From: Orbicella franksi
Taxonomy: Eukaryota
Assembly (NCBI GenBank): GCA_964199315.1
Contig: OZ116699.1
Location: forward strand, 31,806,001 to 31,870,000
Length of the DNA stretch: 64,000 nucleotides
Reading direction: 5' to 3'
Positions 48,539 through 58,760 of the stretch are shown one piece after another. A program made the translations under genes and the position numbers. How positions within the stretch are numbered: position 1 is the first letter of the stretch; the number at the start of each line of letters is the position of its first letter. A model generated the notes under the pieces. It was not told the origin of the DNA, made no database searches, and saw only the letters and a list, made by a program, of their open reading frames with translations.

Positions 48539-50029
48539 TTGAAAACAAAGCGGATTTGCCTTAATATTGAGTTCTGTCAGTTGAAAAATGGCTATAGCTC
48601 ACTAACGGGCTCGGGCACCCCAAATTTTTTTTCCAGTCATTTTAATCAACTAATCATTACCTTTGCGTGAGAAAAGACTGATCTGATTTCTATTGTAGAA
48701 AATTGGATAAATAAGTAAAATAGCAACTGCACTGTAGCCTTTTCTATTTTGTAGTTTGATAGCCGTGGCAAGCAATTTGGTTTCAATATTTCAAAAAGGC
48801 TTCAGCTGTCTGTCAAAATCAAACTTGAAAAGTTTATTTGTGTCCGACACAAGCATTGACTGTAGTTTGAGGCTTGTTTTCATGAGTCTGGGCTCACAAA
48901 GATTTTACAATAACTTGGAAAGTGTTCTTGTAATAAGCATTAAATAATGTCAATCGGACATTTTCAATGCCTCACTGCTCCCTAATGAACGTGGCACCCC
49001 TCTTTTTTAATTTATAGTTAAAGTTCTCATATGATAAATATTCAGTGGACAAAGTTTGAACAAAAATCTATGGGCAGTTTTATTTCAGGGGAATTACCTG
49101 AAGTCCCTGGGACTGGGAATTGGTCATTGGGAAAAAAAAGTCAAAAAGGGGAATGAGATAAAAATTTCGAGACATCACTTATTTCCTGGGATCAAAAAAT
49201 GTCAGAACTTTTTCGTTAATTTTGAGCATGCCCATCCAGATCCAGCACGTGCAGAACTTGTCACTATTTCGCGGTTACAAATGAGATTTTAAACCTTCAT
49301 GTTGAAAATTAGCATGCCTTAACACATCATACTTGTATATATTGTACGAATATTGATGATGTTTGACACATCAGTTGAAGAAGCAAGAAAAGGGTTTCTA
49401 AGTGGGCAGCAGCGTTCTCCACAAATCTATACTCATATTAAAAACTGCCAACATCGTATGCAGCTTCGTTACCTCGCATCAAAATTCCCAAACCAACCTC
49501 ACACGAGATGAGACCAGAAAAGAGCAAGCTGAAAAGAGGGTGTGAGCTCAGATGCATGATAAATCCGTCAGACAAGGAAATATACGTCAAAATGATACAA
49601 TGGACAGGACGGGCACATTCAGCCTCTGAACTTATATATATGAAACTGAAACGGTCTTGAAACCAGTCAATTTCAATTCACTGAGAGGCGTAGAAAAAGT
49701 TCGAAGCGAAAGTAATGGGCTGCCTAATTCAATAGAGGGTGCCAGTTTACCAGCAGAGTCTCCTACTCGCAACGAACAGGTAGACAGCCTTAGCGCGAGT
49801 AACAGTGACAGTGACTCTGAAGAAGAGGTAGACAGCGCTCTTGAAACAACACTTAGCATGATCCGTCGGACCAGGCTCAGAAGAATAAGAACACTTACAA
49901 GTCGGTTTATTCCCTGCTAGCACAGGCTCTTTTCCATCTTTTTTTCTATTGTACAATATTCAGGACATTGTTTTTCCTTTATTTTAGCTTGCATTTATGT
50001 ATGTCTTTCTTCTTTTATGATAATAATAC

Positions 50030-50270
50030 CGTCTTTAATGTTTAAATTAACTTAGCATGCGGCCAACGCCAACTTATATCTACATGACAGTGACCAACTC
50101 GAAAGCTCATTGGCTACTTTGGTCAGTGTGCACAATTAAATATTGTTTCTTGTAGTTAATTTCTATCTGTATTTATTTTTCCTATATCATTGTATACCAT
50201 CTTCCGTTAAGTTGTTTTTCTGTTAATAGTGTGCGATAATAAAACTGAAACTGAAAAACTGAAACTTTCC
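50030..50270 (+). mobile_element. LINE 3' UTR with AATAAA and (ACTGAA)n tail, followed by a short hairpin repeat (50267-50300)
   Basis: gtgcgataataaaactgaaactgaaaaactgaaact tail; then ttcctggtgttc-gctgacgg-gaacaccaggaa. Confidence 0.55.
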
Positions 50271-50621
50271 TGGTGTTCGCTGACGGGAACACCAGGAAAA
50301 GAGCCTCTGCTAGCAGGGAAGTCGGTTGACAGATTTCCTGGGGGATGGATGGAGTGGCAGGAACTTGTCAGGCTTAGCTAATCGCTATAACTTCCCTACT
50401 TTCACGTTTTATTACAGTCTTAAAGGATCCTATCGTCTTTACTGATATCTTCGCAAATCCTCGTGAATTTTTGGGTCGTTGTTGAATCGTACTTTGAAGC
50501 GCGCACGTATAACACTGGTTATAACACAGTCGTGACATTAAAGTAATCTGAAAGCTGGCCTCTGTACACCACTCTGCATGACATTCCCTCATAAGATTGC
50601 TGAATGACTGTAATGATCTTT

Positions 50622-50870
50622 TCAGGGATACCGTAGTGCTTCAATAGCTTCAATTTGATCAGTGCATGACCTGTCCTTTCTAAAACCTGCCTGCTGGTCC
50701 CGTAATTGATTGTCTGCCTTCATTCTATCCAAAAGAATTCTGTTTAGAACTTTGTCTGGTATTGATAGAAGTGTAATCCCCCTATAGTTACTGCAGACCC
50801 TCAAATCTCCTTTCTTCGGTAGTTTGATGAGGAGTCCCTCCTTCCAGTCCCTTGTAATCTCTTCCATGCC
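50622..50870 (-). mobile_element. RTE-clade LINE reverse-transcriptase fragment
   Basis: DWKEGLLIKLPKKGDLRVCSNYRGITLLSIPDKVLNRILLDRM...LRDQQAGFRKDRSCTDQI is the typical start of the RTE-type RT domain; truncated on both sides. Confidence 0.9.
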
Positions 50871-51125
50871 ATGAAGTAAACACGACCAGTTGCTCCGCGC
50901 AAAAATGTCCGGTCGAATGAAGGGCATGAGCTGGCCATTCAGAAGTGGCGAACAACATTGCAGCATGCGCAAGGTTTCGCAGTGTGTTCGTGGCAACTAG
51001 GGCAATGGATAACCATGAAAAGCTGCCGAGGGTAATCAATTCAATATGCTCACTTTATTGATGTTTTTGATGCTACTCTTACTATTGCATGATCGATGCA
51101 TGCTATTGAAACGTCATGCACGGTG

Positions 51126-51467
51126 TTAAAGGGGTCCTGTCACGGGGATTTTGCGGCACATTTGGGAAGAGCGGCACAAAAATAATGACTACAGTAATTA
51201 ACCTCCTCCATGAAATGTGCCAAAAATTTCAAGATCAGTAAGTTCAGTGAATGAGGAGTAAAGTTGAATTACTTTTAGCAACTTTTCTAGGACACGAGGG
51301 CAGAATTTGAAAAAAAAGGCTGCGCGACCTAGCCATAAAAGACCACGACCGCGTTCATGAGTAAACTCATAGCATAGTAATTTTTAACAAAATGACTGAT
51401 CATTATTTTTTGGGCGTCTTTTTGTTTTTGACTTTTCCAAGTTTTGCTTATGACTGTGCCTCTTTAA
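51126..51467. mobile_element. Non-autonomous Kolobok-like DNA transposon
   Basis: TTAA on both flanks; imperfect TIRs aggggtcctgtca / tgactgtgcctct with RR...YY termini; no ORF. Confidence 0.65.
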
Positions 51468-53214
51468 AATCGTTCCTTGTTAGCTCCTATGGTCATTTAC
51501 CAAGTAGAAGAATTTCAGCTTCAAACGCCCAATGAAAACACTGGGCAATCTTTCCTTATACTTAATAGTACGTTTTAGTTGACTTTGGTGGCATTCATTT
51601 ATCAGGCGAGTTTGGTCAAGCAAATGCAACCATGGCAAGAGAGTTCTTAAAAACAAGCTATGCGGTAAAAGTGCATCGTACTAATAAGTTATGGTTAGGT
51701 ATTTAGCGTATTCATAAATCCGGCGAGGGTGGATAAACGTAATAAGAATATGCGCGAGTTTTGGACGGGTGCCAGGCTCCAAGTTTTAAAAATGGCCGGA
51801 ATTTTATCGATAGTTTAAACAAAAAAAGTTACGAGCTGTACATGCTTTCCCAATTTTCCCTTTGAGCAGCAACATTTTTACGTCACTAATGGCATGGGGA
51901 ATCAATTTTTCTTTTTTCCGACAAGTAAAGAGGAAAAAAAATAAAGGTTTCCGAACCCTTTACTTCCTAGCGGTATACAAGAAATTTCGGTACGAAGACG
52001 CATTTTTTGCACAAACTCTTTACATATTGCATCCATATAAGCTTACCACTAATCAAATTAGCAAGAGAACCTCTCAGCAGGCAGCGAGAGCCTTGTTTTC
52101 TTAACACTGAAATGCTGAAAAAAATTCATGCTTGCCCAAGTACAAATAAATCAGCCGAACGACATCCTTGCGTACCTTACTACAGTTTGCCGTCCATTCC
52201 CCAATTGCAGCCTGCATTATTACCTGATCCCGCAAGTAGGGCTAGAGATGTACAGAAAGCTGTACAGTACGCGTTTCCGCTCTGAACGCAAAGGTTGACA
52301 ATTTTTGGCAAGCGGAAACTGGGGAGAAGAATCGTCCGAATACCTGTTTAGTAGACACTGGAAACGACGCTGAATGTTCTCTCCCCAGATCTCGCTCGTT
52401 CTGACGATCTGATAGTTGAATATCCACTCACGTGTACCGGAAACAGACAGGCCTTAGACAGTACTTAACAGATTTCCTTTTCATTAAAACAATCATTGTG
52501 CTATTGACATTTTATCGACAAAATGATTATTTGCACTGATTCTACAGACTGAAGGTATCACCCATTACAAGTAACAAAACTTTCATGTTGTAGTAACGCA
52601 AACAAACTGCTTCCGAGTCGAACCCTGACCCATTGTGTTCACTCTAATTCCTTCAAACAAAAGAAAATTCTGTAGCGGGCGCCTAGGGAGTTCAACCAAA
52701 AGGCAGTCATTAATTATCAGCGAGGAAAAATTTTGGATGTACCTAATTGGCTTCAAACGAGGTTATTAGAATACACGTGACTATCGTTCCGAGGTGACTT
52801 AAAATCGTGTTAACCTAACCGCAGGGAAAATATATAACTTTACCACGTGGTTGAGATCTGACCTCAATTTCTAAATAATTTTTATTCAAGAAATGATAAC
52901 ACAGCACAAACGCTCTCAGGACTTCTTAGTTAAACTTCTGTGATATGTTTACATTGAAACTTTGAATCTGAATATCATCTACAGTGCCTTCTGAGAAATC
53001 CAAACTATAATAAAATCAACACATCGATAACCTAGTGGTTAAACACACTCAACGAATAAAATATTTTCTAACAAACGAGTTTCAACTTAATTCAACAGCT
53101 AAACTGGTAATCCAGACTTCTTGCTAATTCTGAAGTAAATAGTCCTTTGTTTGCCCTCTCTCAGTCTTAACTCATAAAATGTTGTAACTCTTAACCCCTA
53201 ACTGTAAAGTCTGT

Positions 53215-54819
53215 TTAGATAAGACTAGCTCGTCTTGGGAATGCATTATGAAATTCTTTAACTAAAGGAACGTACGAAAAACTAGCGCTCAAATCCACAG
53301 AGTGGTCCACAATGTCGTATTCGTACGGCTCGTCCAAATCACCGCTTAACGCGCGTTGAAGTTTTATTTTCCTTATTCCGGCTTGGATCATCGAAAATGT
53401 TCGCATGATGTCTTTATCTTGTGCGCGAAGTTCGGCAAGTTCTTTCCTAATCCATTCGAAAGCTTTCTCGATATTCTGAATTCGCTGTTTCTCTGTTTTG
53501 TGGGCGACATTTGTGATGTTCTCCAGAATAGCTTTAGCAGTTGGTCGATTTGATGAAATGTTTCGTGCAGTGGGATCGTTCAGTTCTGAGAATCGTCTAA
53601 GCGGTTGTGACTCTGAAATTTCTTTTGTACCCGCTTCGGATAAACTATAAGGCTTGCTTAATCCTTCTTCGAACTCAGCTCTATCGAATTCAAGGGAAAC
53701 TTTCTTCAACTTTTTATACTCCTCCTCTAGTTCGGCTCGCTGCTCTTTGCTGATTACTGTACTGTTCATTTTAGTTGTTTGTTTAACACTGTTTTCTTTC
53801 GCTCGTGATGGTTGGCTAATCACGGCATAAGTGCAACCGAGTGAGAAAGTATTCTGTAATGATTTTGACCTTTCATTGTTTGTTGTCATTTCAGATGGGC
53901 CTTTGACAACGGTGTTTTTCAGCCCCCCAGGATGTTCGTCTGCGCCATCGACTGTATCCCACGCTTTTTCACAATCCTGTCGCAATAGGAAGTTTGGCGA
54001 TGCAGGCATGCTCGCTGATTGTTGCGGAACCGCGATTCTCACTGTTTCAACAAACAAATTGCTGATAGGTCTCCTAGGGAATGAGTCCGCCATCGTGGAA
54101 GCTGCATCTTCTTCGCTCAGAAGTCGTGCAACTATTGGGGGGTCGTCGTCCTTTCGTCCACCTTCGGAAACTCTTCGTAACTTTTGCGAAGCCTCTACGA
54201 AAATTTCCGAAGTTGGTTCGACTACTTGTTTACCATCACCCTGTTCTCTTCGTCTTTCAGACACCGGTTTCATTTCCTCTCCGAGTAAGTGCTCCTTCTC
54301 CATTTTACTAGCTGGTGGAGGGGGACTGTGTTGTTTCTGAGGGATCTCAAGTGTTACTCTGAACTGCCTTCCAAGTCTTCGCGTGTTTAGGGCCGGTGTG
54401 TTGTTATTCCTGCCGTCGTTGTTGTTGTTTAAGTCAAACACGTGCATTACATTATGCTCTCGGATAACTTCCATGGGGCTCGCTATGGTCCAACAACGTG
54501 GTCTGAAAACGTTTTCTTGTAAAACATGGAAGCTGTTTTTCCTGGTTGGCTTACTAGGCTGCTGTTTCTCTTCACGTGAGATGTTAGGCGGTGTTATGAG
54601 GGAAATACTCCGTGGTCGGCTAGCGGACCTGTTAATGCCTTCGCCCCGTGCCCGTTTCCACTTACTGTACAGTGTCTCTGATGTTAGATTTTCCAGAGAT
54701 CTTGAAAATGTTCGCAGTTTTGCGATGGTAATATCTCCATCTTGAATTCCACTACGGGAATTTTCTTCCGTTCTTCCGCCTGTAGGCGAATCCGCTCTTT
54801 CCGACATCTCGTGAACCAT
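53215..54819 (-). CDS. FAM167-like protein B: disordered N-terminal region plus C-terminal FAM167 coiled coil (about 534 aa)
   Basis: IEKAFEWIRKELAELRAQDKDIMRTFSMIQAGIRKIK...SFSYVPL...PRRASLI* matches the FAM167 pattern. First ATG is 54819. The upstream part of the ORF track overlaps a polypyrimidine acceptor (ttttttttacag at 54912), so a spliced 5' UTR is likely. Confidence 0.85.
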   Translation of the reverse strand: MVHEMSERADSPTGGRTEENSRSGIQDGDITIAKLRTFSRSLENLTSETLYSKWKRARGEGINRSASRPRSISLITPPNISREEKQQPSKPTRKNSFHVLQENVFRPRCWTIASPMEVIREHNVMHVFDLNNNNDGRNNNTPALNTRRLGRQFRVTLEIPQKQHSPPPPASKMEKEHLLGEEMKPVSERRREQGDGKQVVEPTSEIFVEASQKLRRVSEGGRKDDDPPIVARLLSEEDAASTMADSFPRRPISNLFVETVRIAVPQQSASMPASPNFLLRQDCEKAWDTVDGADEHPGGLKNTVVKGPSEMTTNNERSKSLQNTFSLGCTYAVISQPSRAKENSVKQTTKMNSTVISKEQRAELEEEYKKLKKVSLEFDRAEFEEGLSKPYSLSEAGTKEISESQPLRRFSELNDPTARNISSNRPTAKAILENITNVAHKTEKQRIQNIEKAFEWIRKELAELRAQDKDIMRTFSMIQAGIRKIKLQRALSGDLDEPYEYDIVDHSVDLSASFSYVPLVKEFHNAFPRRASLI

Positions 54820-56778
54820 GAAGCCAGACTTAAGGAAACGCGTGAACTGAAAATAGTTCTTCCAACTCCTTTGACTTCGCAAATAAAGCTCAAGAACACT
54901 GTTATTTAGAACTGTAAAAAAAAAGCAAGCAAAGCAAAATTGTATGAGTATGTAACCGAGATACAAATAAAATATTTAGAGCTGCCTCGACTGATTATCA
55001 GGCAATGATGTGACGATCTACCAGTAAGTTTACCTTTTTCTTTAGCATTTGAAACTAGCTGCTATAAACAGCTGTTTTATCTACTTGCAAGCTAATGTTC
55101 ATCACAAATAAAACTCGAATGCGCAGAGAACTTGGTCTTGTTTGTTGGTATAATGTAATTCTGGACAACAAAAGCCTTTCGTTTCGCTGATGAAGATAAT
55201 GCTTGACTTCCGTTTAAGGGAAGTCCAATCTTTTAGTTGTGATTGCTTGCTTTTGTCTATTCGCAATACCACGTTTACGCCCCAAAAGGTGCCAGACTAA
55301 GCACAAAAGTTATGAAAAATAGAGTCATAAAAATGCAATATTTATATAACACGAGCATCTACACTGAAAAAATGCCTTTCACATCATGATGCGAGACTCG
55401 ATTCAAGAGAATCGGTTGCTGAATTGCAACCCTCATTTGGAGGTTTCTTGCACAAATAATGCCATTTTGTTATCATTGTTGGGTTACGTTTTCTAACTTG
55501 ATTCCACCAACAGCGACAGTTTACATGTGAAAGGAATTATATTCAAAAACAAGCTCTGCTGCCCACTCCTAGTATCTCAGAGCAGCTGAAACTTATACAA
55601 AGGTGGAATAACCCTTGAGCAGGCCAAGCTAATAGTAAAGTGATTTTTCGATGTGACCTCTAAAACGCGAAATATCACACTTACCTGGTATGTTGGTATA
55701 GAGGTGTTTTGCCTTTGACAAGCACAAGCAACTGACAATTTTGAATTCTAACTCAGGGTCTTTTGTTACTTTATGGAATGCCCAAGTACTTAACATTCTT
55801 TCGTGAATGACAGGGCAAAACAACAATAGTTCATTTCCATGGTTAATCTATCAAACAGGCTCCCATGAATCCAATGATGGTCCCTTTCAACCTCGTTTAA
55901 AATCACATCATGTGGACCACAAAAGACATGAAGGACACCATTGTTCTCATCTTGGTCCCAATAACAATACAAAATCGTCTTTGATTGTCATGGAAATCCT
56001 GCATGACCTCAAAAGTAAAACAAATTAGTAAGTTATCCAAGTAAGCGATTGTACCTTGTCCGGAACTTTATGTCGGGCAAGACACGTACGAAGCTTTTCA
56101 AGGCATGAACTATTCCCATGACAAATAAGAAACAAGTCACGTCCGAAGCGCTATTAACCATTAGCCATATACTTCGTTTTCAGTGCAAGGGGAAATAGTT
56201 ATGATAATGACACGAATGAAAAAAGAGTCTCCTGAGGCCAGAGCAATTTAATTTCACTTGTTTGTGTCTCTACCACACTGTCAACAACAAGATGTTTTAA
56301 TGTGCCTCAGTTATAAACGCTTGAGCACTGACAAGTGACGTAAATTCCCAGGGTTAAACAAAAAGCAAGTTTTTGATTGTTTAGGTCAAATTGCGTGCTT
56401 TATTTAATCAAGCATGCCTTAAAACACGAAATAACGTTATAAGAGAGTTTAAGATACACTCTGCTTTTGCCTGCAAAACGCTTAAAGTAGTTCAAATCGA
56501 TCGTTGGTTCCTCAGGTTCAAAGTGTTCAACTGCCATTTAGTTCCAAAGCACAGACACTAGTTCTGCAATTAACTGGCTCAGGTATCACTCTATATCACT
56601 CAATATATTGCTGCAATTAGTTTGGAATTAGGAGGAGCAGTGCTATGTTGAGTACCAAATCCCCGCCCTTAACTCGAGCTCTTTTGTTTTCCAAAGTTGT
56701 TTTGTCTTTGTGCGATCTCGAGCAATTTTCAAAACAAGATATTGCAACTGAAATGAAGGCAGCACTGTAGTGTAAACG

Positions 56779-56950
56779 ATGTACTAGGTTTTCTCGACGC
56801 GAATTTTGTTAAACCTTTTTTTCTTTTCACGTATTCCGAGTATAGATTTTTACGCTGACGTGTATACGATGGACTAGGTTTTATCGACGTGAATTTTGTC
56901 AAACTTTTTTTTAATGTATTCCGAGTATAGATTTTTCCGTGCTGGTCACG
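56779..56950 (+). repeat. Tandem duplication, two units of about 88 bp
   Basis: gatg(t/g)actaggtttt(c/a)tcgacg(c/t)gaattttgt...gtattccgagtatagattttt occurs twice. Confidence 0.85.
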
Positions 56951-58279
56951 TTTATTTGGTAAACAGCACCTGTTTGGCCACGCATGGCTAATAGAGGGTG
57001 CTGACGGAGGTCTAGAACACGTTTCGCGGAGAAAAAAATGGTCCTTTCACAACTCACGGAAAATAAAATAGCCATTTCATGCATCACGATGAGGGGAGTT
57101 AGTTTTTTCACACGAACTTACAAAAGTAATGAGATTTTGGAACTTTATGTCCAATTCCAAAGGCTTGTTCGACTTTTTTAGGGGCCCATTTCTCCGCTGC
57201 TTTTATCCACAAGAAAATCGTGTTCCACTAAAGGCTTATGCAAGGGATCAAATGGATTGGCTTTCGCGGTTACGCAATGTTTATTACATAATAACAGCTG
57301 CTAAAAATAATAGAACAAATAATCAAAATAAGAGTTCTCGATGAATGGAACTGTTCATTCCTCATTCCAAAGAAAATTATTTTGATAAAGTACGGTCCGA
57401 GCCCACTAACGAAATCACGCTTGTCAAGGAAAAAACCTAGCCATTTCATATTTGAAGGGAAAAAATAAGGCCATTTATAAATGACGAAAATACCCTTTAC
57501 CACCCTACGCATAGGTATTGCACGGTCAGCAATTTTTGAACCAATGGTATCACTTTACGTCAGATGCATAAGCTCAAGGAACAGGCCCTGTAACTTATGG
57601 TAAAGGTCATACTCAAAGTGCTTTAACTTAAGTTCCTTCTTCAACAGTTTTTTGTGTTCAGAGTTGCCCTCTGTCTAGGTAAAGTAGAGATCCAACCGGT
57701 TTTAGACCGAGTGGTTATTACATAACCAGCTATAAGACCCAGACAGTCAATATCTGAATTTCTACTAAGCTCACGTTATGTAACGTTTTTGGTATCGGCA
57801 CTTGTCAGAGAATCGCGGACTGTCATTTAGCGCCTTCCTTCCAGTAAGCAGGCTCTCGTTGAAATAAATACCTCTTTAAGTGTTTTTTGTCATGAGCTCC
57901 GCTATCTATAAAACCTGCGGTACTCGTTTTTTACATGCAATGTGTCAAATTAAGTATTTGTAGTTTGGCTATGATATGACATCTGTGAGACGATATCGAT
58001 TTAGAGACTCAGTTCGCGCAAAGTTTTGTGAAACTCCGATAACTAAAAGTCGACATATCTTTTGATAAATTAAGCCAACATACAGCTATTTCTCTTCTTA
58101 ATGGAAGATCTCTGGAATGACGAGTAGTACTTTTTACGGTAAAAGATGCGGAGTGGATATTTATGTTTTCAAATTTCTGAAGAACCGCGCTAAGGCACCT
58201 TGAAGTAAGCTAAATTTATATATCGCTTGTAACATATGTTCGTTTATACCGCTTTAAAACATTTTGACAACAGTTGTAT

Positions 58280-58500
58280 ACTCCAGTCCCTAAACTCTCC
58301 TATCCTTCCGCGTAGTATATACTTGTGACAAGCGTGTCGTCTGTGCTGTTTACATCAAATCGGAAGGTTGGGGCCTAACAATTTTTGATTGGTTCGTTCT
58401 GAACATGCGCATGAAAGTTATCCTGAACTCTCTTTTCGCCCGCCCGGGTTCAACCCCCACATGGGCGGGAAGAAAGAAGAGTCCATGGACTGGACTAGGC
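58280..58500. mobile_element. MITE-like element with imperfect inverted ends
   Basis: ctccagtccctaaactctcctatccttccgc ... gcgggaagaaagaagagtccatggactggactag. Confidence 0.45.
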
Positions 58501-58760
58501 AACAGTCAGTAAGGTTTACCGCAATCACACTTGTTTCTTTATTTATATCGATGTGCTTAATTATAAATATCAATAAATTATCGTCAATAACTCTGTATGG
58601 CATAACGTGGTCCGAGAAGCCGCTTTTTAGTGCTTATGGTGCACACGATTCCAATACACCAGCAACTATGATTTTGTCAAATGCTGAGCCTGGTTTTCAT
58701 TAAGTGCACGCATTGAGTTAGGGAATGCTCCAGCCTTCGCTTGCCGAGTGATTCTCCAAT

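Noticed and set aside
53831-54745. Plus-strand ORFs of 169 and 120 aa (and similar ORFs antisense to 39902-41401)
   Set aside because: Shadow frames on the opposite strand of real coding sequence.
54820-54966. Hydrophobic N-terminus MYLGYILIQFCFACFFF of the 583-aa ORF as a signal peptide
   Set aside because: It starts at TTG and is the translated polypyrimidine tract of an acceptor at 54912; the first ATG is 54819.
55790-55972. Protein-like ORF (LYCYWDQDENNGVLHVFCGPHDVILNEVERDHHW)
   Set aside because: It is bounded by stops, has no usable start or splice context, and matches no family I recognise.
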